From Candidatus Micrarchaeota archaeon (GTDB lineage: Archaea > Micrarchaeota > Micrarchaeia > Anstonellales > Bilamarchaeaceae): a DNA stretch of 33,260 nt. Numbering within the stretch: position 1 is the first letter of the stretch; each line of letters begins with the position of its first letter. The DNA is taken from NCBI GenBank assembly GCA_040754495.1, contig JBFMCO010000062.1, positions 1 through 33,260 on the forward strand, read 5' to 3'. A model generated the notes under the pieces. It saw nothing but the letters and a program-made list of their open reading frames with translations. It was not told the DNA's origin and searched no databases. A program made the translations under genes and the position numbers. Shown in pieces: positions 1 to 8,533 of the stretch.

Positions 1-900
1 AGCGCCTGCGAAGGCAACATCGCCACTGTAAAATCAGGCTCCGCGCCGGTATCGGGCGCGAGGGTGCGCCTGAACGGCTCAACGATAGGCGACACTAACG
101 GGAGCGGCAAGCTCGCTTTCAGCGGGTGCGGCGGCGATGCGGAACTGAGGGCCACAAAGCCCGGCTATCTTGCAGGCGAGGAGACATTCGAGCTGATTTC
201 ATGCGCCCAATGCGCCCCTCCGGTGGAACCGCCCCAGCCTCCTGAATGCCTTTGCGGTGAAATCGTAGGAAATGCCTGCGTGGAATTCGAGTGCTGCTCT
301 GACCTCCACTGCGCCGAAGACGAATATTGCCAGATTCCCGGCGGCAAGACTGGCGGGCAGTGCAAGCCTGTCCTTGGCTGCGGAACAATCAGGAACCACG
401 GGCTCGAGCCCTTCGAATGCGGAGATGCGCCCGGCTGCCCGTCCTGCCCGCAGGACGAGCTGTGCATCGCGAACGCCTGCGTGAGCGGCGACCTCAGGGG
501 CCCTGAAACAGGGTTCGTGGGCGACAACGCGACCGTGAACGCGACCGAGGATGAAGGCCCCTGCGCATTGTGCGACGTGCGGGTGCGGACGCCTGCCGGA
601 TTAATCTCTGCTGGCAGGACCGATGGCTCAGGCCGCTTCACCCTCCCGCTTGAGCTGAAGGGCACCTACACGATAGAGCTCCTGAAGAACGGCACTGTTG
701 TCAAGGTCATAGAGGTAAAGGCCCTTCCCAAAGCCGAACCCCTGGAGCCGGAGAAGCCGGCAGAGGTGCCGAAAGAGGATTATTCAGCCCTCCTCTGGCT
801 TCTCCTGCTGGCTGCGGCCGCAGCCATCCTCTTCCTCTACTGGAAGCGGAGGAAAAAAGAGAAGGGGCGCCCCAAGGAGGTCGCGCCCAAGGCAGCCTAG
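1..900 (+). CDS. Cys-rich cell-surface protein with C-terminal membrane anchor (5'-truncated by window edge)
   Basis: Frame is open from base 1 (SACEGNIATV...) to TAG at 898-900. Contains Cys-rich repeats (CCSDLHCAEDEYC, CPQDELCIANAC), a beta-rich segment and a Pro-rich linker. Ends in a hydrophobic helix (LLWLLLLAAAAAILFLYW) followed by a basic tail (KRRKKEK). Confidence 0.8.
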   Translation, partial: SACEGNIATVKSGSAPVSGARVRLNGSTIGDTNGSGKLAFSGCGGDAELRATKPGYLAGEETFELISCAQCAPPVEPPQPPECLCGEIVGNACVEFECCSDLHCAEDEYCQIPGGKTGGQCKPVLGCGTIRNHGLEPFECGDAPGCPSCPQDELCIANACVSGDLRGPETGFVGDNATVNATEDEGPCALCDVRVRTPAGLISAGRTDGSGRFTLPLELKGTYTIELLKNGTVVKVIEVKALPKAEPLEPEKPAEVPKEDYSALLWLLLLAAAAAILFLYWKRRKKEKGRPKEVAPKAA

Positions 901-1427
901 TCATTGGCCACGGCGTTGAGGCAGTCCTGCTTCGTCAGCACGACGTTCTCGTCCTCCACCTTGTCGCAAACGCCTGGGTCGTCGAGCCACTGCGCCAGCT
1001 CCACATAGCACAGGTCCCGGTCGAATTCACTCTTTATCAGGCCGCATGGCGTGGCGTCGTCCTTCGCTTTAGCTACTGCCTCTGCGCATACGTTGTAGCC
1101 AATGGAGCTGTTCAGGATTTCGAAGTTCTTGTCGCATTTTGCCGGGTCAGTCGTCGCGACCGCATAGTCGTCCCAGCAGCTCACGATGCAGATTTTCGTA
1201 AGGTTGTCCTCCCCCGCCCCGCATATGTCGTTGATGCACTCGTTGAACTCCGCCTGGGCGTCCGTCGCCGCGCCGGTTGCTGGCTGCCCGCTGCCATCTG
1301 GAGGCTGCCCGCCTTGTGAAGGCGCCCCTGCGCCGGGAACAGTCTGCTGGCCCCCCTGCTGCGGTGCCTGCGAGCATCCTGCCAATACGATGGCCACCAA
1401 TCCGAAAATAATCAGGTAACCTCTCAT
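897..1427 (-). CDS. Secreted lipoprotein-like protein with Cys-rich repeats
   Basis: Signal peptide with lipobox-like LAGC, Gln/Gly/Pro linker, then repeated C-x(n)-CY/CW helical units (CIVSCW, YNVC, DLCYVELA, KQDC). Confidence 0.8.
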   Translation of the reverse strand: MRGYLIIFGLVAIVLAGCSQAPQQGGQQTVPGAGAPSQGGQPPDGSGQPATGAATDAQAEFNECINDICGAGEDNLTKICIVSCWDDYAVATTDPAKCDKNFEILNSSIGYNVCAEAVAKAKDDATPCGLIKSEFDRDLCYVELAQWLDDPGVCDKVEDENVVLTKQDCLNAVAND

Positions 1428-1460
1428 ACGGAGATAAAGAAAGCAACAATAAAAAAAGGA

Positions 1461-2021
1461 TTACTGGGAGCCTGCTGCGCAGACATAATAGTCGGTGATC
1501 CATCCGCCGAAGCAACTATCTGGCGAATTGATGTCTGCGCACACCGTCCCCTGCCTGCAGAACTTGCACCCTTCTCCAGTGAGGCAGTTGCCGCAGCCGA
1601 CCTGCTCGGCGCATGAAGAGCCCTGCGGGCTTGAGGGCGCCTGGCATTCCGCATCGGTTACCGCCCAGTCAGCATCCTGGCACTGTATGTCTCCTGCCGG
1701 CCCGTCCGCGTCGCCTGCAAAGCAGCCGTTGCTGCTCTTGCACCATCCGCAGCCCGCCTTCGCTATGCACGAGCCGCAGTTAGGCGTCAGCGTAGCGCAG
1801 TCTTCCTGCGCACCGGGCGGCGCTGTTCCGCCCGTCCCTCCGTTGCCCGTAGGGGGCACCTCAATAATCGTTCCATCGCCGGTCGGCTGGCTCGGCGGAG
1901 GCTGCTGCGCCGGAGGAGTTGCCTGGTTCTGGGCCGGCGGCGTCGCATTCTGGGGCGAAGCAGGCTGGCCAAGGCATCCGAGCGCGAGCATAGCTGCAAG
2001 CGCAATCATGAACATCCTCAT
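1461..2021 (-). CDS. Secreted lipoprotein-like protein with two PSI (plexin-repeat)-like Cys domains
   Basis: Signal peptide with LALGC, Pro/Gln linker, then CATLTPNCGSCIAKAGCGWCKSSNGC and CAEQVGCGNCLTGEGCKFCRQGTVC. GGAGG precedes the ATG at 2021. Confidence 0.8.
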   Translation of the reverse strand: MRMFMIALAAMLALGCLGQPASPQNATPPAQNQATPPAQQPPPSQPTGDGTIIEVPPTGNGGTGGTAPPGAQEDCATLTPNCGSCIAKAGCGWCKSSNGCFAGDADGPAGDIQCQDADWAVTDAECQAPSSPQGSSCAEQVGCGNCLTGEGCKFCRQGTVCADINSPDSCFGGWITDYYVCAAGSQ

Positions 2022-2022
2022 A

Positions 2023-3015
2023 TCATCCCTCCTTTATGGTGATATCCACCTCTTTCTTTCCGGAACTTATCCACACTCCTTTCTTGTCCGTTATGCTTCC
2101 TATGACGGAAGCCTCCACCCCGTGCTTCTTCGCGATGTTTATGACCGTGTCTGCCCGGTCTTCCGGAAGTATGATTGCCATGCCGATTCCCATGTTGAAG
2201 GTCCGGTGCATGTCTATTGGCTCGACCTTCTCGGCAAGGGCCTCGAATACCGGCTTCGGCTTGGGCAGCCGATCAAGCCTGTAGCCGACATCGCCTTTCA
2301 GCCGCGTCAGCTTGGAGAACCCGCCCCCGGTTATGTGCGCTATCCCATGGACGTCGCACGCGTCTATCAGCTCAAGGACCGTGCTGGCGTATATCCTTGT
2401 TGGAACCAGCATCTCCGCCCCCCATTTTCCGGCATCCAGCACCCGGCGTGCCAGCGTGTAGCCGTTGGAATGGAGCCCGGAGCTCTCGAGGCCGACGATG
2501 ACGTCACCCTTCGCTATCTCGTTGCCGAGGATGAGCTTCTTCACCCTGCCCACAACAGTGAATGTGAGGTCGAACGGCCTTTTCGTGCCCTTTATGATGT
2601 CGGGTATCACGGCGGTCTCCCCGCCGACTATGGCGCAGCTGCTTTCCTCGGCGCCCTTCACGAGCCCCTCCATCAGCTGCGCGACCAGCTCGGGGTCCTC
2701 CTTTGCCAGGGCGATATAGTCCACCCCGACGAGCGGCTCGGCGCCGACGCACAGGATGTCGTTCACGGACATGGCGATGGCGTCGATGCCGACCGTGTCG
2801 TATTTCTCCAGCTCCTGGGCGACAAGGAGCTTGGTGCCTACGCCGTCCGTGTGGATTACGAGCTGGGATTCCCCGGCCTTGAATATGCCGCCGTAATGCC
2901 CGAAAACCGGGACTGCCTCCCCGTATCCCTTCCTGAATGAGTATGTGGCTTTTATCTTGTCCCAGATGCCGGCCTGGATAGACTTGACCCTCCCGACATC
3001 GACCTGGTACTTCAT
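2023..3015 (-). CDS. purM: Phosphoribosylformylglycinamidine cyclo-ligase (AIR synthase)
   Basis: Motifs HTDGVGTK, DAIAMSVND, GAEPL, GGETA, SSGLHSNGY, AHITGGG, RTFNMGIG. Start placed at ATG 3015 (MKYQ), preceded by AGGAGG and a TTTAAA box. The longer ORF to 3597 is a shadow of plus-strand genes. Confidence 0.93.
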   Translation of the reverse strand: MKYQVDVGRVKSIQAGIWDKIKATYSFRKGYGEAVPVFGHYGGIFKAGESQLVIHTDGVGTKLLVAQELEKYDTVGIDAIAMSVNDILCVGAEPLVGVDYIALAKEDPELVAQLMEGLVKGAEESSCAIVGGETAVIPDIIKGTKRPFDLTFTVVGRVKKLILGNEIAKGDVIVGLESSGLHSNGYTLARRVLDAGKWGAEMLVPTRIYASTVLELIDACDVHGIAHITGGGFSKLTRLKGDVGYRLDRLPKPKPVFEALAEKVEPIDMHRTFNMGIGMAIILPEDRADTVINIAKKHGVEASVIGSITDKKGVWISSGKKEVDITIKEG

Positions 3016-3093
3016 GAGTTCCTTAGCCTCCTGAGGTTTAAATTGCTTGGCCTCCCCGTCTGCTTTATTAAGCTTATCCGCATTATCAACCCG

Positions 3094-3567
3094 ATGAGGT
3101 TCATCGGAGCGTTCTTCGAGTTCTCCAGGCGTGTCCTTGACGCAGCGAGAGCCGGAAACCTCCCGCAGAAGGACCTCAAGAAGCTCGACAACCTCTTGAC
3201 GCGCACCGGGAAGCGGAACACCGTCCTTGCAAAGGGCATACTCACGGCCCTCAGCGCAGGAGGGGCCGGGGAAAAGGACGTCCAGCGCTTCGGCGAGCTT
3301 CTCCAGACTGCCGAGCAGAGGATTATGGAGGACAAGGAGCCATTCACCGGCCCGGAGCGCAAGGAGGTATCGGACATATTCAAGAGGGCGTACATATCCG
3401 CGAAGACGGCAACCTGGTTCCAGGCGCAGATAGACGAGCTCCTTGCCGAGGAAATCGGCGAGTTCATATCCGGCTCGAGGCGCGTGGATATAGGCGTGCC
3501 TGCCAAGAAGACGGTCAAGTTCGAGCGGGAGAGCGAGGAAGAGAAGAAAAAGAAGATGAAAGCTTGA
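3094..3567 (+). CDS. Hypothetical helical protein
   Basis: Fills the gap between purM and the next gene. ATG 3094 lies ~25 nt after TTTATTAA (3064-3071). Charged helical composition; no family recognised. Confidence 0.65.
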   Translation: MRFIGAFFEFSRRVLDAARAGNLPQKDLKKLDNLLTRTGKRNTVLAKGILTALSAGGAGEKDVQRFGELLQTAEQRIMEDKEPFTGPERKEVSDIFKRAYISAKTATWFQAQIDELLAEEIGEFISGSRRVDIGVPAKKTVKFERESEEEKKKKMKA

Positions 3568-3595
3568 GTTCCGGCCCTGCCGGAATGTGGTTTCC

Positions 3596-4114
3596 ATGAA
3601 GATAAAGCTTACTCCGGAGCTCTCCTACGTCATCGGCCTCTGGCGCAAGGCCCGCTGCCCGGACGGGATAGGCGTCCGGGGCGGGAAGACCATCCTTGAG
3701 ATATTCTCCAAGGAGGCTCTCGACAAGCAGCTTACCACCTCGGACAAGCTCCTTGCCGGGGAGGACAAGGTGTATTTCTATCATACGGCATACAGGAAAT
3801 TCTTCCAGCAGATAGAGAAGGAGCAGCTGGAGCGCTTCAAGTACCTGAACGAATACGCGGCCAATTACCTTGCCGGCATGTTCGATGCATCCGGATATGT
3901 CGATGAGCGCGGGGTGGTTTCGCTCGGCCAGGCATCCAAGCAGGACGAGATGATGCTCCTGCGGCTCGGCTTCCAGACGAGGCGCAGGGCTGACAGGCTG
4001 ATAATAGAGAGGCCGGTCGTCTTCCTCACGTTCATCAAGAACTACGTGAAGGTGTTCAAGGACCACAAGGTTTTCGGCTACATCCGGGCCGTCCCGGCGG
4101 AAAAGGCGGCTTAG
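3596..4114 (+). CDS. Stand-alone LAGLIDADG-like protein, probably nuclease-inactive
   Basis: Two LAGLIDADG-like helices (LTPELSYVIGLW; YLAGMFDASG) about 80 aa apart. Start taken at ATG 3596. Confidence 0.65.
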   Translation: MKIKLTPELSYVIGLWRKARCPDGIGVRGGKTILEIFSKEALDKQLTTSDKLLAGEDKVYFYHTAYRKFFQQIEKEQLERFKYLNEYAANYLAGMFDASGYVDERGVVSLGQASKQDEMMLLRLGFQTRRRADRLIIERPVVFLTFIKNYVKVFKDHKVFGYIRAVPAEKAA

Positions 4115-4360
4115 TCACTTCTTCCTGAGGAACGGCAGCGATGATACGAAAGAGTTGAACTTCCCGAGCCCTGCGCACTTTTTCCAGTCGACGCCCTGCA
4201 TCCACCTGCCGGAGCGGACCATCCCCAGATTCGACACGAAATTGGAGCGGGAAAGGCCGTATTTCTTGCAGAAGTCCTCGACATGCGCCGGGGGCGCCGC
4301 AGCCTTCTCTGTGCCGGAAGCCTGCTCCTCCTCCGGCCTTCTCTCCAGCTTCGGTGCCAT
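4115..4360 (-). CDS. Small hypothetical protein (81 aa)
   Basis: Exactly fills the gap between two plus-strand genes. ATG lies ~22 nt from TTTATATA at 4382-4389. Confidence 0.55.
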   Translation of the reverse strand: MAPKLERRPEEEQASGTEKAAAPPAHVEDFCKKYGLSRSNFVSNLGMVRSGRWMQGVDWKKCAGLGKFNSFVSSLPFLRKK

Positions 4361-4381
4361 GGCTCCATATCCCCGCCATGA

Positions 4382-4389
4382 TTTATATA
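4382..4389. promoter_or_regulatory. TATA box centred between divergent genes
   Basis: TTTATATA whose centre (4385.5) is the exact midpoint of the starts at 4360(-) and 4411(+). Confidence 0.6.
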
Positions 4390-4410
4390 GTTAAGCGGCC
4401 AATCCAGTCC

Positions 4411-4905
4411 ATGGTGGAGTTCTCCAGGCCCGAGGCGTATTCCAAGCAGGTGTCCATCTACCTGAAGGAGTCGATGGACGAGAAGGCGCTGGAGCTCTGC
4501 AAGGACTTCGTGAAGATGTTCCCGGGCGAGCTGATGGCACACCTGCTCATGGCAGAATCCTGGTTCAGGCTCAACCGATTCTTCGAGTGCAAGGTCGAGG
4601 CCGGAAAGGCCCTCAGGCTGGCCCAGTCCGAGGACGACATACGCTTCTGCACCATGATATACTCGACAGCATGCTTCCAGCTCAAGGACTACATAGAAGG
4701 CTACAACGTGCTGAAAGGCGCCATGAAAGGCAAGTTCATCGCAGAGGTGGAAGAGGCGCTCCTGGTCTTCTCGCTCGCCATGGCCGACGAGCAGAAGGCC
4801 ATGCACCACATGAAGAACCTCATGGTGTTAAACCGCGACCGGGCCATCAACTTCGTAGGCTCCTACGCCGAGCGCCTGGACGCGGCCAAGGCTGGCTCAT
4901 CCTGA
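4411..4905 (+). CDS. TPR-like helical repeat protein
   Basis: TPR-like pattern (KALELCKDFVKMFPGELMAHLLMAESWFRLNRFFEC...AGKALRL). Start at ATG 4411, ~22 nt after TATA. Confidence 0.7.
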   Translation: MVEFSRPEAYSKQVSIYLKESMDEKALELCKDFVKMFPGELMAHLLMAESWFRLNRFFECKVEAGKALRLAQSEDDIRFCTMIYSTACFQLKDYIEGYNVLKGAMKGKFIAEVEEALLVFSLAMADEQKAMHHMKNLMVLNRDRAINFVGSYAERLDAAKAGSS

Positions 4906-4954
4906 GGAAAGCCTTTTAATCCGTGTTTGGGAATCATCCCAAGGAGGCAAAAAT

Positions 4955-6829
4955 ATGCGAATACTTACAGTGCATGCCGATTACATCGAGGTCGAGCCCA
5001 AGAAACAGGCCATCAAGGACGCCGAAGCGCTGAAAAGCCAGGACCCGCAGAGGTACGAGGAGGTGCTGGTCGTATTCACAGCGGTCGAGGAAGGCGACGA
5101 GGAGGACGTAATGGCCGGACGCCTCGCTGACGAGTCGGCCGCAGTCGCGGAACAGGTCAAGACGAAGAGCATACTCATATACCCCCTCGTGCATCTGACA
5201 TCCAAGCCTTCCAAGCCATCCGTAGCCCGGAACGTGGTCATGAAGGCGGAGCAGCTGCTCAACGGGCGCGGCTATTCCGGCGCGCACTCGCCCTTCGGAT
5301 GGTACAAGGGATACACCCTGAAATGCAAGGGGCACCCTCTCTCCGAGCTCTCCCGCGAGCTGCATGGCGCCGGGGCGGCGAAGGTGGATGTCAAGGCCGG
5401 CGAGGTCGAGGCAGTCTCGAAGAGCCTGCAGCAGGAGCACATGCTCAAAAGCCGCTTCTGCATCCTTGATTTGGACGGGAAGCTGCACGAAGTCGGAAGC
5501 TTCGATTTCTCGAAATACCCCGGCCTCGGGAAGCTCGCGACCTACGAGACCAAGAAGGTCCGCGCGTACGAGAAGGAGCCGCCGCACATCAAGATAATGA
5601 AGGAGCACTCGCTGATAGACTACGAGCCCGGCTCTGACTCGGGCAATTTCAGGCTCCTCCCGAAGGGAAGGCTCATCAAGAAAATCATGGAGCGGGCCAT
5701 CACGGACTGGTGCGTCGGCTACGGCGCCCTCGAAGTGGAAACTCCGCTCATGTATGATTACGAGCACCCGTCCCTCAAGAAATACCTGAACCGCTTCCCG
5801 GCAAGGCAGTACGTGGTGATAAGCGACGAGAAGAAGCTTTTCCTGCGCTTTGCCGCCTGCTTCGGCCAGTTCCTGATAGCGCACGACATGGTCTTCTCAC
5901 GCAGGCACCTCCCCATGAAGCTCTTCGAGCTGACAAGATACAGTTTCAGGAGGGAGCAGTCCGGCGAGCTCGCGGGCCTCAAGAGGTTGCGGGCATTCAC
6001 AATGCCGGATATGCACACGCTCGTGCCCGATGCGGAGATGGCGAGGAGCGAGTTCGAGCGCCAGTACGACATGGGCCTCGAATGGAACAAGATGATGGGG
6101 CTAGAGACAGAAGTGGCCTTCAGGATACAGGAGGACTTCTTCAACGAGAACAAGGACTGGTACCTCAACATGGTGCGGAAGGGCGGCAAGCCGATACTGG
6201 TCGAGCTGTTCAAGGAGCGCTACGCCTATTTCATAACCAAGTTCGAGTTCAACTTCGTTGACAGCATGGACAAGGCGAGCGCCCTCACGACCGTGCAGAT
6301 AGACGTGGAGAACGCGGACACATACGACATCAATTTCGTGGACCACGACGGGAGCAAGAAGCGCCCCCTCATCCTGCATGCCTCGATAAGCGGGAGCCTG
6401 GAGAGGGTGATATACGCCCTCCTCGAGGCCGAGGCCATGCGCATGGCGCAGGGGAAGAAGGCCATGCTGCCGATATGGCTCTCCCCCACCCAGGTGCGCG
6501 TGATACCTGTCGGTGACAAGCACAAAGAGCACGGGATGAAAGTGCTGCAGCGCCTCTCCAGCCGCATCGTCAGGGCGGACATCGACGACCGGGACGAGCC
6601 CCTCGGCAAGAAAATCAGGGATGCCCAGAAGGAATGGGTGCCGTACATAGTCGTCATAGGGGACAAGGAGGCAGAATCCGGCATGCTTGCCGTGGATTCG
6701 CGCGCAAGCGGCGAGAAGCGCGACATGTCGGCCGACGAGCTGGTCGCTGCCGTGGAGAAGGAGAACCACGGCAAGCCTTTCGAGCGCCTCTCGCTCCCCC
6801 AAGAGCTCTCGAAGCGGCCCATAATCTGA
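4955..6829 (+). CDS. thrS: Threonyl-tRNA synthetase, archaeal type with N-terminal editing domain
   Basis: MRILTVHADY N-terminus, PFGWYK editing motif, FAACFG, YSFRREQSGEL, RAFTMPDMH, HASISGSLER, and a C-terminal anticodon-binding domain. AGGAGG RBS. Confidence 0.97.
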   Translation: MRILTVHADYIEVEPKKQAIKDAEALKSQDPQRYEEVLVVFTAVEEGDEEDVMAGRLADESAAVAEQVKTKSILIYPLVHLTSKPSKPSVARNVVMKAEQLLNGRGYSGAHSPFGWYKGYTLKCKGHPLSELSRELHGAGAAKVDVKAGEVEAVSKSLQQEHMLKSRFCILDLDGKLHEVGSFDFSKYPGLGKLATYETKKVRAYEKEPPHIKIMKEHSLIDYEPGSDSGNFRLLPKGRLIKKIMERAITDWCVGYGALEVETPLMYDYEHPSLKKYLNRFPARQYVVISDEKKLFLRFAACFGQFLIAHDMVFSRRHLPMKLFELTRYSFRREQSGELAGLKRLRAFTMPDMHTLVPDAEMARSEFERQYDMGLEWNKMMGLETEVAFRIQEDFFNENKDWYLNMVRKGGKPILVELFKERYAYFITKFEFNFVDSMDKASALTTVQIDVENADTYDINFVDHDGSKKRPLILHASISGSLERVIYALLEAEAMRMAQGKKAMLPIWLSPTQVRVIPVGDKHKEHGMKVLQRLSSRIVRADIDDRDEPLGKKIRDAQKEWVPYIVVIGDKEAESGMLAVDSRASGEKRDMSADELVAAVEKENHGKPFERLSLPQELSKRPII

Positions 6830-6838
6830 GATGATTCC

Positions 6839-8533
6839 ATGGCTGGAAGCAGGATAAGCATAGGGCTGCACGACGGGTTCCGGATGGTGGAGCGGCGCCC
6901 TCTCTCCAATGACCTGCGCGAGCGCGACCTGCTTGAAGCGACCAAGTGCCATTTCGACACGAGAACCTCGCAGCACGAGCTCGGGGAGATGGTGAGGGAA
7001 ATCGGGGGGCTGAAAGCCGACCACGACAATAACGTCGGCTTCCAGGTATACGTCGCGCTCGAGAAGGCCGGCCGCGTGATACAGGTCGGCCTCCCCTGCA
7101 TAACCGACAGCGCGGGGCAGAAACGGTTCCTGGACGCGGCCAACATGAAGGCCGGCGACATGGATGCGATGCTCGACCACCTGCCTCCGGACGTCAATAT
7201 GATAGTCGTCTGGCGCCTTGACCGCGGGATGAGCCAGGACATAACGCTCAATGACCGCTCAATCATCGCCCCAATAGGGGGGCAGGACCAGGGGGCGGAT
7301 TATTCGGCCCTGGACAACAAGCCGTGCGTGAGCTGCGGCGCAGGCGCTGCAAAGAAGCTGGATGTCGTCGTGGGCCTCCTGCAAATCGAGATATTCGGAG
7401 GCGAGGCTGAGGACCCGATAAGGATGTCCACGCTGATGGCCGCCCCGCCAACCTGCTGGGACTGCCCTGCACCCGCAGTCGCGTTCCAACAGCCCCAATA
7501 CTCATCTTCCCCGGGGCAATTCGCGCTCCAGCAGACAGACTTCGCACTTCGCATCTCGTGGATAGACACGCTAAAGACAGCCGAGAACGCTGCTATCCCA
7601 GACTACCAGCCTCCGGGCGCCCCGCCCCGCGAGAATCCGGCCGAAGCCCTCCGGTGCGAGAAAAAACAGGATGCGCCGGCCGATGCCATAATCCTGATTG
7701 TCTTTAACGATGCGGCAGGAGGGCAGCCAACGGCAGCAAAGCCTCCCCCTGCTCCCGGCCAGGCGCCGCCGCTGAGGGCTTCGGAGCTGAGGCTCTGGAG
7801 GGAACTTTACAGCGATGGCATGCCGCCTCCGCCGGGATTCGGGATACGCATCCAGCCGCCCCGCCAGGCAGTCCCCATGGCGGCCGCGCCGGAAAGCATC
7901 CCCGTCCGAATCCGCATCTTCGAGCCGCGGAGGGAGGCGCTGATGGGCGAGCCGCTGGCCATAGCGCACTCAACACTGCCTCCAGCCATGGCGGTGCGGG
8001 GAAAGCCCCGCCTGGAGGCATCCCCCAGTCCGGTTTCCCCGGTGAAATCTCCGAAAAAGCTTCAAAATCCCTCCAGAGCCAAACCTGCCAGGGCGCCAGC
8101 CCCAATGAACGCGGCGGATAAGGCTCCGGCGAAGGGCAGGACGCGTGCACAGCTCTCTTCACAGCGCCAGAACCATGCCGCCCCCCGGGCCCCGAAGCCG
8201 CGGGCTGATGCGGCGGAGAAGAAGGAAAAACGCCCCCCGGTCCGCGAGAAGGCCCCGGTGCCGCAAAACGCAAGGGCAGGGAAAAGGAAACCTGCGACGG
8301 CGGAAACGCGGATAACGCCCAAGAAGGAAAACCGTGAGACAAGGCGCAGGGCGAGGGCCGCGGAGCGCATGCCCGCAGTGTCCGGCAAGAGCGCCCAACC
8401 CCGGAGGGAGCTCCCCCGGCGCATGGCCGAAAAGCCCCGGGCGCAGAAGCTGAGCCACTACTTCATGCTCGACATGCTCGGGCTTTATAGGAAAACGCTC
8501 ACTGGAAGAGCCTCGGCACGAAATTCAATATGA
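6839..8533 (+). CDS. Hypothetical protein: globular N-terminal part with two CxxC motifs and a long Pro/Ala/Lys/Arg-rich tail
   Basis: 564-codon ORF directly after thrS with CVSC and CWDC motifs. C-terminal half is low complexity; the 3' end overlaps the convergent M50 gene by 35 nt. Confidence 0.65.
   Translation: MAGSRISIGLHDGFRMVERRPLSNDLRERDLLEATKCHFDTRTSQHELGEMVREIGGLKADHDNNVGFQVYVALEKAGRVIQVGLPCITDSAGQKRFLDAANMKAGDMDAMLDHLPPDVNMIVVWRLDRGMSQDITLNDRSIIAPIGGQDQGADYSALDNKPCVSCGAGAAKKLDVVVGLLQIEIFGGEAEDPIRMSTLMAAPPTCWDCPAPAVAFQQPQYSSSPGQFALQQTDFALRISWIDTLKTAENAAIPDYQPPGAPPRENPAEALRCEKKQDAPADAIILIVFNDAAGGQPTAAKPPPAPGQAPPLRASELRLWRELYSDGMPPPPGFGIRIQPPRQAVPMAAAPESIPVRIRIFEPRREALMGEPLAIAHSTLPPAMAVRGKPRLEASPSPVSPVKSPKKLQNPSRAKPARAPAPMNAADKAPAKGRTRAQLSSQRQNHAAPRAPKPRADAAEKKEKRPPVREKAPVPQNARAGKRKPATAETRITPKKENRETRRRARAAERMPAVSGKSAQPRRELPRRMAEKPRAQKLSHYFMLDMLGLYRKTLTGRASARNSI

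Noticed and set aside
1495-2940. 481-aa plus-strand ORF
   Set aside because: Antisense to purM and the PSI-repeat gene; no recognisable features.
3016-3597. N-terminal extension making purM a 524-aa ORF
   Set aside because: It overlaps a plus-strand gene. PurM similarity, RBS and TATA all point to ATG 3015.
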